64,000 nt of DNA from Polyangiaceae bacterium. Its GTDB lineage: Bacteria > Myxococcota_A > Polyangia > Polyangiales > Polyangiaceae. The notes under the pieces are model-generated. The model ran no database searches. It had not been told where the DNA came from and was given only the letters and a program-made list of their open reading frames with translations. Positions 1-10,235 of this stretch are shown here, piece by piece. The position numbers were made by a program, and so were the translations under genes. Location: contig JBILLK010000006.1 in the NCBI GenBank assembly GCA_044376115.1, positions 160,001-224,000 on the forward strand, written 5' to 3'. The number at the start of each line of letters is the position of its first letter. Position 1 is the stretch's first letter.

Positions 1-2
1 AG

Positions 3-1898
3 TTCGTTTGCGACAGCTGCAACGCGAAGTACCAGATCGGCGACGACAAGGTCGCAGGTAAGACCCTCCGCATGAAGTGCCGGCGCTGCGGGCACATGAT
101 TCAGGTGGCCGCTACGGTCACCGAGAGTTCGGTCTCGCAGAAGCCCCCGCAGGATCCGTCGGTTGGCGTCCACCAATCAGCGTTAGAGCCTTTCCCCAAC
201 GGGGACATGGGGAACGAGGACGGAGCAACGGTGGTGAAACCGTCGCCACTGTTCCTGCTCGAGGCAGGAGGGTTAGGGGGGGTTCCTCCGTCCACGCCGC
301 CTCCTGGTGGCATTCCGCGTCCAGGCCCCTCGGTCGCCGGAACCTCACAGCCGTTCCGCGGCGGACCGCGCATCGTGCCCCCGGCCCGGCCGTCGATGCG
401 CAGCAGTGTGGCGCCAGCCGCTCCCGGCACGCCAGGCGCAGCTACCGCCCCTCGTGGCCAATCGATGCCGGGCGTTCAGTCGCCCGGCACGCCGGGCGTC
501 CAGTCGATGCCGGGTACGCAGACGCAGAGCGCTCCAGGCCTGTACGGCGGTTTCGCCCGAGCCGTAAATGCTCCAAACAAGGCCGCTGACGCTCCCGCCG
601 TGCCGACCGAGGATTGGTACGTAGGGGTGAACGGCGTTCCCCTCGGCCCGGTGCGTCTCGCGGTGCTGCGCGATAAAGCGGCGCAGGGCCAGGTGGACGG
701 TGAGTCGCTCGTTTGGCGTGAAGGTTTCGACGAGTGGCAACCGGCGAAGACGTTCCCCGGCCTGCTCGCGATGATTGAAGAAGCCCGGCAGACCCGCGCC
801 AGCCGTACCAATTTGCCCGCGGTTACGGCTCCCACGCCTCACGCCGCAGCCCCGCAGCCCGAGCCGAGCATCCCCTTCAACCTCGTCAACGCGCGCGGCT
901 CAACCACTGACGTAGCGCCCGGCGGGAGTCCAGACCATGGGGGCGCGAGCAATGGCGCCTCGAACAACGGCGCCTCGAACAACGGCCCCTCGAACAACGG
1001 CGCCTCGAACAACGGCGCCTCGAACAACGGGGGCATTGTCGTTGGCAGCGGCTTTGATCCGTTCGCACCTCGCCCCGCTGAAGCTGCAGCCCCGGGTCCG
1101 TCGCAAGGCTCCAGCAATGCAAGCGGCGCTGGCACGTGGGGAGAGCAGGCCGCTGGGCCGGTTGGCTTTGGCCTCACCACCACAGGCGCGTCCGCCGCCG
1201 ATACCAACCTCGAGCCGCCCAAAAAGAAGGGCATTCACCCGGCGGTTTGGGCCTTTGTCGCGATGGCAGCAGCCTTCGGTGGCGTTGCCGCTTGGGCGAT
1301 TTTCCTACGCAAGCCCAACGTCGTCTACGTCCCTGGCGAGACCACCACCGTCGCCGGCCAAGGGCCGGGGCAAAACGTCCCACTTCCTTCCACCGGCGCA
1401 ACGAGCACCACAACGGCTGCGTCCAGCGCTGTGGTTGAGCCGCAGGTGGATGCCTCCGGCAAGCCGGTGCTCAACAGCGGCGGCGGCCCTCGCCCGTCCG
1501 CCTCGATTTCAAAGACCGGCGAATACGTCGCTCCGATCGACAATGGTGGGCCCACGGTCGTAGGGCCTTCGACGAGTGAGCCGCCTCCGAGCGACGGCCC
1601 GCTCACGTCAGGGCAAATCAGCGGGGTGGTTAGCTCCAACACCGCGCGCGTGCGCAAGCGCTGCTGGGACGCTGCCTCGAGCGGTCGTTCAGCCGACGCG
1701 CCCTCCACCGTCAAGGTTACCGCAGACATCTCGATCGCACCGAGCGGTAGCGTTTCCTCGGTCAAGGTCTCGGGCGGCAATGAGAAGTATTACCCGGGCC
1801 TCGTGAGCTGCGTTCAGTCGACGATTTCTGCGTGGAAGTTCCCCACCGCCGGTGAGTCTTCCACGGTCAAAGTGCCCTTTAGTTTTGCCGCCCAGTGA
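3..1898 (+). CDS. Zinc-ribbon / GYF_2 / TM / TonB-C-like (AgmX/GltJ-like) protein; start lies just upstream of the window
   Basis: The frame is open from nt 3 (FVCDSCNAKYQIGDDKVAGKTLRMKCRRCGH, an MJ0042-type zinc ribbon). It also has a GYF_2 motif (WYVGVNGVPLGP...LVWREGFDEW), one TM helix (VWAFVAMAAAFGGVAAWAIFL) and an AgmX/PglI-type C-terminus (RVRKRCW...SCVQSTISAWKFP...VPFSF). Confidence 0.8.
   Translation, partial: FVCDSCNAKYQIGDDKVAGKTLRMKCRRCGHMIQVAATVTESSVSQKPPQDPSVGVHQSALEPFPNGDMGNEDGATVVKPSPLFLLEAGGLGGVPPSTPPPGGIPRPGPSVAGTSQPFRGGPRIVPPARPSMRSSVAPAAPGTPGAATAPRGQSMPGVQSPGTPGVQSMPGTQTQSAPGLYGGFARAVNAPNKAADAPAVPTEDWYVGVNGVPLGPVRLAVLRDKAAQGQVDGESLVWREGFDEWQPAKTFPGLLAMIEEARQTRASRTNLPAVTAPTPHAAAPQPEPSIPFNLVNARGSTTDVAPGGSPDHGGASNGASNNGASNNGPSNNGASNNGASNNGGIVVGSGFDPFAPRPAEAAAPGPSQGSSNASGAGTWGEQAAGPVGFGLTTTGASAADTNLEPPKKKGIHPAVWAFVAMAAAFGGVAAWAIFLRKPNVVYVPGETTTVAGQGPGQNVPLPSTGATSTTTAASSAVVEPQVDASGKPVLNSGGGPRPSASISKTGEYVAPIDNGGPTVVGPSTSEPPPSDGPLTSGQISGVVSSNTARVRKRCWDAASSGRSADAPSTVKVTADISIAPSGSVSSVKVSGGNEKYYPGLVSCVQSTISAWKFPTAGESSTVKVPFSFAAQ
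954..1028 (+). repeat. 15-bp coding tandem repeat x5 (GGCGCCTCGAACAAC; GASNN)
   Basis: Read directly from the sequence; one unit is a GGCCCC variant. Confidence 0.95.
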
Positions 1899-2505
1899 CG
1901 CTCGTTGAGCTCGGGGGCGGTGACCAGACGTCCCCCGTCTCGCAGTCGACGTGTCGCAGCTGAACGCCTTTGGCCGAAAGGTCGAGCGTGCCGAAGACGA
2001 TCGGCAACTCGAAGCGGCGAGGTCCAATTGAACCGGGGTTGAAGACGGCAACGCCAGGCCAGCGAGCTGCGAAGGGCACGTGGGAGTGGCCGCAAACCAC
2101 CAGGTCGCAGTCCTCTTGGGCGGCGAGCCGCTTCGCCTCGGGCCGCAGGCGCGGACCGTAAACCGCGATATGGAGCAGCAAGATCGAGAAGAGCACGCTC
2201 GCGCCGTCTTTCACGCGGAGCGTGAGCACGTCGGGGAACTCGGCTCTGCCATCGATGTTGCCGCGAACGGCGTGAACCGGCGCGATCGAGCCTAACTCGT
2301 CAATCACCCGCGGATCGCCGATGTCCCCCGCGTGCAGGATGGCCGCGGGCTGAAGCGCCTGGAGCCGCTCGTGCACGAGCGGATGCGGCTTGCTATGGGT
2401 GTCGGCGACCAGAGCCAGCCGAAGACCTCCCGAGCTGGCTGCGATGTCCCGACGTTCGTGAGCAAGGGCAGGTGAGGTGGAGGCGCGGCCTCGAGTCGAT
2501 GCCAT
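1879..2505 (-). CDS. YfcE/MJ0936-family metallophosphoesterase
   Basis: Motifs ADTH, HAGD, VRGNID, GHSH and NPGS. Confidence 0.85.
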   Translation of the reverse strand: MASTRGRASTSPALAHERRDIAASSGGLRLALVADTHSKPHPLVHERLQALQPAAILHAGDIGDPRVIDELGSIAPVHAVRGNIDGRAEFPDVLTLRVKDGASVLFSILLLHIAVYGPRLRPEAKRLAAQEDCDLVVCGHSHVPFAARWPGVAVFNPGSIGPRRFELPIVFGTLDLSAKGVQLRHVDCETGDVWSPPPSSTSVTGRQN

Positions 2506-2630
2506 GCTGCTTGGTGCAGCCGATACGCGCGCGGCGCAACGAGAACCAGCCGGGCTCCGCCGCAGGAGTGCTGGATAGAGGCCTACGGTCCGTGGTCTCG
2601 CGAGTCCTTGCGACTCTGACCGCTCTGAGA

Positions 2631-3806
2631 TCAGCGGCGTATCGTCGTAGAGCGTGGCGGGCTCAGCGGGGTAGGGGCGACGGTCGCGGTGCCTTGCGAG
2701 GTTGCGTAGCGCACCGACGCCTCGAGCACGCCGCGAGCTTCATCCACCTCCAGCTCGAGGAAGGTCGAGCGCGCTGGGCTTTGCGGCCGTTGCATGTCGG
2801 GCAGCGAGGGACAGCCGAAGCCCGGGTTCGCGTACAGATAGTCCTTCGCGAACAGCGGAGTGTCCGCGTCATCCACGCACGCGTGGGTGTGCCCCATCAC
2901 GATCACCGCGTAGCGCGCTGCTAACACCTCGGCGAAGTGCTGCAGCGAGTTGTTGGCGTCTGTGTGGAGCAGCGCCACGAAGCTCGGATCGATACCGTAC
3001 AGGCTGCGTGGGCCCGCGCCGAAGCGGGCGTATAGACCTTCGTACGCCTGGATCACCTGCTCGGCCGTGCGACTCGAGCCATCGCCCATTTGGAAGGCGA
3101 GCTGGGTGGTCTCGCCTACCGCGTCGAGGAAGGTCTCCATGATTACCCGGCTGAGCGACACGTCGTTGGCGACGAAGGTCTGAACTGCCGCTTTCAGCGA
3201 GTCGGTCAGCAGGCTGGTTCCGGTCGGATCTCCGCTGAGCGGAAGGTCCGCGACAGTGCGTCCCGGGGCCAAGCGCCGTGCCCCGTCGAGCGCGCAAAGC
3301 CGCGTGATGAAGTGCCCCAGCGGCAACGCGTTGGCCGGGTCGCCGACCGGATCCGGCGCGTTGAACAGCGAGTAGAGGTGACCGTGGGTGCACACGACCT
3401 GGCCACGACCGGCCGGGGGCTCGTAGATCGGAGAGCTGCCGGCGCGAATCGCTTGGCCAATCATCGCGCTGAGCGCCTCCGCCGTAAGCGCCATGTCGTG
3501 GTTGCCGGCGAGGAACGTTACGCGCCCTGGTAGCGCCGAGGCGACGCGCGCGAGCGCACCGTGCGCTGCGAAGATGGCCGGGTTCGCCTGCGCGATCGTC
3601 TCGAGCGTAGGCGGGCGCTCGGATGGGACGTAGGTCCATTGATCCACGAGGTCCCCAGCGATCACCAACTCCGCGACGTTGGCCGCGTTCGCGACGACGT
3701 GGTCCAGCATCGCCACCAGCAGCTCCTCATGGACCTCCCGTTGGTACCAGTTGGTGACCGCGTTCGACCCGATGTGGACGTCGCTCAAGAATACAAGTTG
3801 CGTCAT
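2631..3806 (-). CDS. Calcineurin-like metallophosphoesterase
   Basis: Start reassigned to MTQLVFLSDVHIG; motifs GDLVD, GNHD, HGH and MGHTH. Confidence 0.8.
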   Translation of the reverse strand: MTQLVFLSDVHIGSNAVTNWYQREVHEELLVAMLDHVVANAANVAELVIAGDLVDQWTYVPSERPPTLETIAQANPAIFAAHGALARVASALPGRVTFLAGNHDMALTAEALSAMIGQAIRAGSSPIYEPPAGRGQVVCTHGHLYSLFNAPDPVGDPANALPLGHFITRLCALDGARRLAPGRTVADLPLSGDPTGTSLLTDSLKAAVQTFVANDVSLSRVIMETFLDAVGETTQLAFQMGDGSSRTAEQVIQAYEGLYARFGAGPRSLYGIDPSFVALLHTDANNSLQHFAEVLAARYAVIVMGHTHACVDDADTPLFAKDYLYANPGFGCPSLPDMQRPQSPARSTFLELEVDEARGVLEASVRYATSQGTATVAPTPLSPPRSTTIRR

Positions 3807-4227
3807 TCGCTTGGGCCTCGCTGCGCCCGAGCATGCTACCCGAGCTCCACCTCCTCTGCGGGGGCATAGACGGTCGCGGTGTTGCCTGGCGGGTGCACAC
3901 CGACCTCGCCGGTTGCTCCGACGCTCCCGGCGCCGAAGCCGATCTCGGGGCCGACGAGCAAGCCGAGTGGGTGCGCACCCACAGAGAGTCGAGAGGCCAC
4001 CTGAACATGGTCTGAGTGGCGTATCGGGGCTTCGGCGCTGTTGGCGAGAAGACGGCTGTGCATGATGGCAGCACGCGCAGCTATCGCTTGTCACGAGCGC
4101 CTTTCGTCGCACGGGTACGACTCGACTCTGGGAGGAAGCCCTCCGAGCAGCTCATCCGCGCCCAACAGAGAAGCACGCCGATTCCGCCATGCACGGACTC
4201 ACGTCAGCGCTGGCTCGAAGCGGGCCC

Positions 4228-4683
4228 TCAGGGGTTCGGCTCGGTGGTCTCCACCACCATCCACTCGCCGCCTGAGCAGGTCGCGGTCCAAACGGTGGTG
4301 AGCCCGCTGTCGAGGTTCACGTCCTCGTAGCGGCAGACCTGCTCGTCGGTCGAGCAGCTCGATCCCTCGTCCGGCGGAACGACGAGCCAGCCGCCGTGCG
4401 TCGCGCTGTTGGCCGAGCAGACGTAGAAGCTGGGGCAGCCCATTTCCCCGGCGTACTCGCACACCAGGCCATCGTTTTGCGTGGCTCCAAGATCACACGG
4501 CGCATCCCCCACCGTCTCCGGGCAGGAGCGCTGCGTGCCGCTACCGCCACCGATGCCTCCGGCGCCGCCGCTACCACCCGAGCCGCCGCCGCTGCCGCCA
4601 CTGCCGCCGCTCGCGCTGTCATCCCCGCACGCCGCAAGCGCAAAACCGAGCACCAGCAACCAAGGTCCAAGAAGTGATTTCAT
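4228..4683 (-). CDS. Cys-rich lipoprotein with Gly/Ser linker
   Basis: Lipobox LAAC, GGSGG linker and a Cys-rich C-terminal domain, typical of myxobacteria. Confidence 0.7.
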   Translation of the reverse strand: MKSLLGPWLLVLGFALAACGDDSASGGSGGSGGGSGGSGGAGGIGGGSGTQRSCPETVGDAPCDLGATQNDGLVCEYAGEMGCPSFYVCSANSATHGGWLVVPPDEGSSCSTDEQVCRYEDVNLDSGLTTVWTATCSGGEWMVVETTEPNP

Positions 4684-4875
4684 GGTCGGCCTCGCAGGTT
4701 ACTCCGCGACGCGGAGGGGAGAAAGCAGCCACGGTGGCCACCGTCGGCCGCTCGCTGCCCGAGCCGCAAGCCAACGCCAACAGCGTGGGAGCGCCGCATA
4801 GGGCGAGTGTAGTGCAAGGCGTGCGCGGTCCTGGCTTGTTTGGCCAGCTCGCCCTGCTTGCCCTAACCTGCCGCG

Positions 4876-6321
4876 ATGACAGCCTCGGGGAATACGTTTT
4901 TCTTGCGGACGTGGTTCGGTGTCTCTGCGGTGGTTACGCGACGCGACTATCTCACCGCCGGGATCAGCTTGTTCGCGCTCAAGTACGCGATCGAGGGGGT
5001 GCTCGCCTGGACCGCGACGGGGCAGTTCCTTACGCCAATCGCCTTCCTGAGTCCGTTCTACATGCACCGCGCAGCTCTCTTCGCTGCTGCGCCGCCGGGC
5101 TACAACTATGCGCTGCTGGCGGTCACCTTGCCGTTCCTTTGGGTGGGCGTGACGATGAGCGTGCGTCGTGCGGCAGACGCTCGGCTGCCGCCTTGGCTGG
5201 GCTTCGGGTTCCTCGTCCCCGGCGTCAACTTTCTGCTCATGGCGCTACTCGCAGCGAGACCCTCTGTCACAGGGGAGGCTCCGCTTCCGCGGACAGGCGC
5301 CTTTCGCGAGGCGCCGCCGGTGTCGACGCACGTTCGCAGCGGCGTCCTACAAGCTCCGTTTCTGCGGGCAGTCGGCGCGGCCTCCTTGGTCGGAGTCTCG
5401 GCCGCGGTCTTCTTGGTGGACGTCGTTCGCACCTACGGCGCTACGCTATTCTTGTTGACCCCAGCGTTCATGGGCTTCGTCGCGGCCGATGTTTACGTAC
5501 GCGGCAGGGAGGCTCTCGCGCCCGTACGAGCTAAGCCCAATCACGGGCTGATGGTCTCGCTGACCGTCACCGTCTCGCTGCTCGTGGTCGGAACCGTCTT
5601 GCTCATTACCGCCAAGGAGGGCCTCGCGTGCCTTGTAATGGCCTTCATCCCTGCGGTCCTTCTCGCTGGGCTCGCGGCGCTTCTCTACATGGCAATCCAC
5701 AAGACGGGGTCGCGGCTCGCTCGCGATTGGAAGCGCTCCCAGCTCGCGATCGCGCTGGCTCTACCAGCCATCGGCGGGGCGGAGGCGGCCACGCAGCGCG
5801 AGGTTGAGTACAGGATCACTTCGTCGGTCGAGGTGGACGCGCCGCCCGAGGCGGTGTGGGACACCGTGGTGCGCTTTCCCCCGCTCGGAGAGCCCGAGGA
5901 GTTCCTGTTCAAGGCTGGCGTCGCCTGTCCGATGAGCGCGCGCATCGAAGGGGAGGGCGTCGGCGCCGTGCGCTATTGCACCTTCACGACAGGCTCCTTC
6001 GTCGAGCCGATCACGACCTGGGATGCGCCCCACCACCTAGCGTTCGATGTCGCACAAAATCCGCCGCCGATGCGTGAACTCAGCCCGTATGAGTTCGTCG
6101 ACGCGCCTCACCTCGACGGCTTCATGTCGTCGCGCCGTGGCGAGTTCGTGATCGAAGCGTTGCCCGGCGGCCGAAGCAGGCTCTCCGGAACGACCGTCTA
6201 CACCCTCGAGATCTTCCCCGCTGCCTACTGGCGCGTTTGGACAGACGAGATCGTTCGCACCATTCACGGTCGCGTACTTCGCCACGTGAAGACCGAGTCC
6301 GAGCGCGTCGCGAAGCGGTAG
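4876..6321 (+). CDS. Membrane protein with N-terminal DUF805-like region and C-terminal SRPBCC/START-like domain
   Basis: DUF805-like motifs TRRDY and SVRRAADA; several TM helices; START-fold C-terminus (SSVEVDAPPEAVWD...IHGRVLRHVK). Confidence 0.65.
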   Translation: MTASGNTFFLRTWFGVSAVVTRRDYLTAGISLFALKYAIEGVLAWTATGQFLTPIAFLSPFYMHRAALFAAAPPGYNYALLAVTLPFLWVGVTMSVRRAADARLPPWLGFGFLVPGVNFLLMALLAARPSVTGEAPLPRTGAFREAPPVSTHVRSGVLQAPFLRAVGAASLVGVSAAVFLVDVVRTYGATLFLLTPAFMGFVAADVYVRGREALAPVRAKPNHGLMVSLTVTVSLLVVGTVLLITAKEGLACLVMAFIPAVLLAGLAALLYMAIHKTGSRLARDWKRSQLAIALALPAIGGAEAATQREVEYRITSSVEVDAPPEAVWDTVVRFPPLGEPEEFLFKAGVACPMSARIEGEGVGAVRYCTFTTGSFVEPITTWDAPHHLAFDVAQNPPPMRELSPYEFVDAPHLDGFMSSRRGEFVIEALPGGRSRLSGTTVYTLEIFPAAYWRVWTDEIVRTIHGRVLRHVKTESERVAKR

Positions 6322-6581
6322 GGCAGGCGGTGCCGATCACGACGCAGGCTGAAGGGCGGCCCCCAGAGGTCTTCGCCCGCAGCTTGGGCTTCGCGGTGGC
6401 CCGGCGTTGGTCTGCTCAAAACTAATTCTCCCAGGTCGGCTTGAGGTTGGTTTGACTCGGGCCTCGCTGGTTGCGCCCGACAGCCCGTTATCGAGGCCCT
6501 CCAAGAGGCCCGAGCGACGAATCCCCCCGGGGGCTGCGCTCGCCGTCGCACACCGAACGTCAGCGGCTAGGAGGCCTGCGC

Positions 6582-7123
6582 GAGCCGCACGTCTACTTCT
6601 CGCTACCGGCCAAGCGGACGACGCTGCTCAAGGCGCTCTCAAGCAAGTTGCCGCCGCAGATCAACGACGTGCTCTCACGCGTGATCCAACCGCGCTCGAG
6701 CGACGATGAAGAGCAACACCTGAGCGCGCTGTTGGACGCGCTTCAGGCGCGGCAGGCGGTGAGGCTCAAGTACTAAAGCGTGCTTCTCGGTTTGGTGGCT
6801 ACACGCACGGTCTCGGTCTTGCGCGTGCTGGTCGCGTCGCCCTCGCGCTTCGTCGCTTGGTGCGACAACGCGAAGGTGCTGCGCTGGTTCCGTTTGGACT
6901 CGATTCCGAGGCTGACGCTCGCTCCAGAGGTTGCGTACGTCGACGTCGCCGATGGCGAGGTGGACCGCTTCGTCGATACCTCGGTTGACGGCTATCGCGG
7001 CGAGCCGATCAAGGTGGCGTTCTACGTTGGCGCCGCAGACGCGCGCTGGGTGATGGGCAACCTCCTCTCCGGCGAGCTGAACGTCACGCGGGAGGGCGAT
7101 GGGATTTTGGTGGAAGCCGAGAC
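6582..7123 (+). pseudogene. WYL-domain transcriptional regulator remnant
   Basis: ORFs 6471-6776 and 6780-7145 share a frame and are split by TAA at 6774-6776. Joined, they read AVRLKY*S...TRTVSV...RFVAWCD...RWFRLDSI, the WYL pattern. No intact N-terminal HTH is present, and the 3' end is cut by an IS end. Confidence 0.7.
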
Positions 7124-7242
7124 TGGAGTTCCCCGGTCGCGTTGACACCAGTTATGCGGCCCGAGCGAACTCAGCTTCGACCCGGGCGGGTGTCTTGTAA
7201 CCAAGCGATGAATGAAGGCGCTGAGGATTGTAGAAGACCTCG
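7124..7242 (-). mobile_element. IS3-family remnant (right inverted repeat plus last ~30 codons of the transposase)
   Basis: The minus strand encodes EVFYNPQRLHSSLGYKTPARVEAEFARAA*, an IS3 OrfB C-terminus (YN..R.HSSLGY.TP). It is followed by an IS3-like terminal IR, TGGAGTTCCCCGGTCGCGTTGACACC (7124-7149). Confidence 0.85.
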
Positions 7243-8996
7243 CCTTGATCGGAGACATCCTCGACCTTTCCAAGATCGAGAGCGGTCACGTGGATGTCGT
7301 CACCGAGGACGTCGACCTCATCGAGCTCGCCGAGGAGTCGGTAGCGACCGTTCGCGAGTACCTCAAGGGCAAGGACGTCACGCTCTCGGTGCGCATCGAG
7401 CCCGAGGCCGCCAGCGTACGAACCGACAGCCTCAAGCTGCGGCAGATCATCCTGAACCTCCTCTCCAACGCAGCGAAGTTCACCGACCTCGGGGAGATCC
7501 AGCTTGGCGCCCGCCGCGATGGCAACGCCCTGGTGCTGGAGGTCGAGGACACCGGCCATGGCATCCCCGCCGACCAGCTCGTCTTCATCTTCGAGAAGTT
7601 CCGCCAGGTCGACGGGTCCATGACCCGGAAGGCCGGCGGCACGGGCCTCGGCCTCGCGATCGTCCGCGAGCTCTCGCGCATCCTCGGGGGCTCGGTCAGC
7701 GTAGAGAGCGATCTCGGCCGAGGGACGCGGTTCACCGTTCGCCTGGACTCGATCTTCGTCGGTCGGACCAACCCGGCGCCGGGGCTGGTCGGGGAGGTGG
7801 CCTCCCGCCCGATCGCGCCCTCCGCCCCGGAGATCGGCACGAATGTCCTTGTCGTCGACGACGATCCCGTGACGTCAGCGATCCTCTGCGCGGCCCTTGA
7901 GCAGGAAGGCTTCGTGGCCTTCGAGGCTCGCGACGGCATGGAGGCCATCAAGCGGGCGCACGAGGTGCGGCCGGCAGCGATCGTCCTGGATCTGCGGCTA
8001 CCCCGCCTCGACGGCTGGTCGGTGCTCGGCAAGCTGAAGGCCGACCCGGCCTTCGCCTCGACGCCCATCGTCATCATCTCGATCGAAGAACAGCGCGCGC
8101 GCGGCTTCGCGCTCGGCGCGAGCGACTACCTCGTCAAACCGTTCGAGGCCGAGAGTCTCGTCCGCGCCGTGCGCCGCTTTGTCGCGCCCACGGCCGGCGA
8201 CGTCCTCGTCGTCGACGACGACCCGTCGACGCGCGAGCTGGTCTCGCGCCACTTGCGTCGCGCCGGCTTCTCGACCGACGAGGCGGTCAACGGCCAGGAC
8301 GCGCTGCTCCGGCTCCGGGTCACCAAGCCCTGCCTATTGATCCTCGATCTCGTGATGCCCGGCCTCGACGGGTTCGAGGTGCTGCGTGCCATGCGTGAGT
8401 CGGGGTCGTCGACTCCGGTCATCGTCCTGACCGGCGCGGTGCTGACCGAGCAGGAGCAGCGGACGCTTCGCGAAGGCATGGCGGAGATCGTCCTCAAGAA
8501 CGGGCGTGGAATCGAGGTCGTCGTCGAGGAGGCCCGCAAGATGGTCGTCTCCCAGCGGGGCGTCGGCCACAAACTGCCGCGCGTCCTCTACGTCGAGGAC
8601 TCCGCGCAGAACCGGGACGTCGTCCGTCGGTACCTGCGTGGGGTGTTCGAGGTCATCGAAGCCGAGGACGGCGAGCTGGGCCTCGCCATCGCCGAACGCG
8701 AGCGTCCGGACGTCGTGCTCATGGACCTCTCGCTCCCGCGGATGGACGGCTTCGAGGCGATCACCCGGCTGCGCGCACACACCCTGCCCGAGCTCGCGAC
8801 CCTCCCGATCATCGTTCTGACGGCTCACGCGGGGCGCGAGGACGAGGCGCGCGCCCGGGCGGTCGGCGGCGACCTTTACCTCACCAAGCCGGTCGAACGC
8901 GACGTGCTGCTGGGTGCGCTCGATCGGGTCCGGTTGCTCCGGCCGAAGCTCGCGGACTTGGCGAGTGACAACGGCTCGGGAGGAGCCGCGAAATGA
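7212..8996 (+). pseudogene. 5'-truncated hybrid histidine kinase (HATPase_c plus three receiver domains)
   Basis: Kinase sequence begins at the end of HisKA (LIGDILDLSKIESG) with no H-box. N, G1, F and G2 boxes are present (NLLSNAAKFT, EDTGHGI, FEKFRQ, GGTGLGLAI). The three REC domains keep their Asp (LDLRLP, LDLVMP, MDLSLP). The first ~10 codons come from the IS3 antisense strand. Confidence 0.8.
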
Positions 8997-9370
8997 ACGT
9001 CCCGGCCGCGCTGCACGTCCTCGTGGTGGATGACGATCCAATCTACCTCGAGCTCGTCGAGAGGAGCTTGCGGGGCCAAGGCCTGACGGTGACGACGAGC
9101 GACTCCAGCCTCGGGGTCTCGAACATGATCCGACGGATCTCGCCGGACGTCGTCCTGCTGGACGTGAACATCCCGGCGCTCTCGGGAGACGCTCTCATCG
9201 TCCTCGCCCGAAAGAGCGCGCCGGAGAAGACGCGCTTCGTCCTCTTCTCGTCGTCGGACGAGTCGTCGCTCCGGAAGACGGCGTCCCAGTGTGGCGCCGA
9301 CGGCTACGTCACTAAGAGCGCCGATTCCAACGCGCTCGCCAGCTACCTGGTCCGCATCGCGCGGCGCTGA
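8993..9370 (+). CDS. Single-domain response regulator
   Basis: Motifs VLVVDDD, LLDVNIP and YVTKS; ATGA overlap with the kinase. Confidence 0.9.
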   Translation: MNVPAALHVLVVDDDPIYLELVERSLRGQGLTVTTSDSSLGVSNMIRRISPDVVLLDVNIPALSGDALIVLARKSAPEKTRFVLFSSSDESSLRKTASQCGADGYVTKSADSNALASYLVRIARR

Positions 9371-10181
9371 CGAGCAGGCGCGCCCTCATCGTCGTGGTCG
9401 ACACCTTCCGGGCGGCGACGCCGGTGCCGCTCCCGAGGTGGTTCCGCTGGCTCCCGCGTGCGCTCGACCCAGCCTGGTTCGACGAAGAGCTGCTTGCGTG
9501 CGAGCAGGCCCTGCTCGCCGAACCCACGCTTGAGAACGCCAAGTCCTTCGCGGCGAGCGGGGCAAGGAGCTGATGATCCTCGAGGGCGATCACCACGCGC
9601 GGGTCGACCTGCTGCGCTTCGCCGCGGTGAAGCTATGGGACGTCTCGCGTCGCTTCGGCTTCGAGCAGGACCACTCCAAGAGGGCGTCACGATCGAGGGC
9701 GGCGCCGACCGGGTGCTCGCCTGGTGGTGGCTCCAGCTCGTCGTCGACCCGGGGCGTGGGCTATCGGCTGTCTGGCTCGCCAAGCTGTCTTTATGCGTGC
9801 GTCTGACGCCGCGGTGCGCGGCATCGAGATTTCGGGTTCCTGAGCGGCTGAACGTCGCCGATTGCGTCGTGATACCGCGAGACTCGTCTGCGCCCAGCGC
9901 CGCGCCCTCGGATTCGCCTCCCGTGGCGCCGCGAGCAACTCCACTCGGCTCGGTGGGTGCGTTTGTGATGCACCTCACCGCGCGGTCGCCCCTCGAGCGA
10001 CGTCTCGTTACGGGGCCGCTAGCCCTGGGTCTGTCAAGGCCCAATCAGAACAATCTGTCCCCACTTTCATCCACCTGACGAGTTCGTAACAAACGTCAAT
10101 AATTTGGCCCCACTGCGAGGGAGGCTGTAACGGCCCCCCATGGGCCATTTCGTAGTAACGCGCAAGAATCTGACGCCTCCG

Positions 10182-10235
10182 TTGACACGGTGGGGCTCGG
10201 TCCGTAGCGTGGCCCCAGTTAGTGGGAAGAAGTGG
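10182..10235 (+). promoter_or_regulatory. sigma70-type dcw promoter with putative MraZ boxes
   Basis: TTGACA (10182-10187), 17-bp spacer, TAGCGT. GTGG repeats at 10190, 10209, 10222 and 10232, the last two 10 bp apart as in known MraZ operators. Confidence 0.7.

Noticed and set aside
3810..4220. Possible small gene, or N-terminal extension of the 2631-4112 ORF
   Set aside because: The Arg-rich extension looks non-coding, and the alternative short ORFs have no recognisable motif.
6774..6776. Programmed stop-codon readthrough in the WYL gene
   Set aside because: The stop is TAA rather than TGA or TAG, and the gene is also damaged at both ends, so pseudogenisation is the simpler explanation.
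9371..10050. Short ORF fragments after the response regulator
   Set aside because: They look like frameshifted gene debris, but I cannot assign a family or reliable boundaries.
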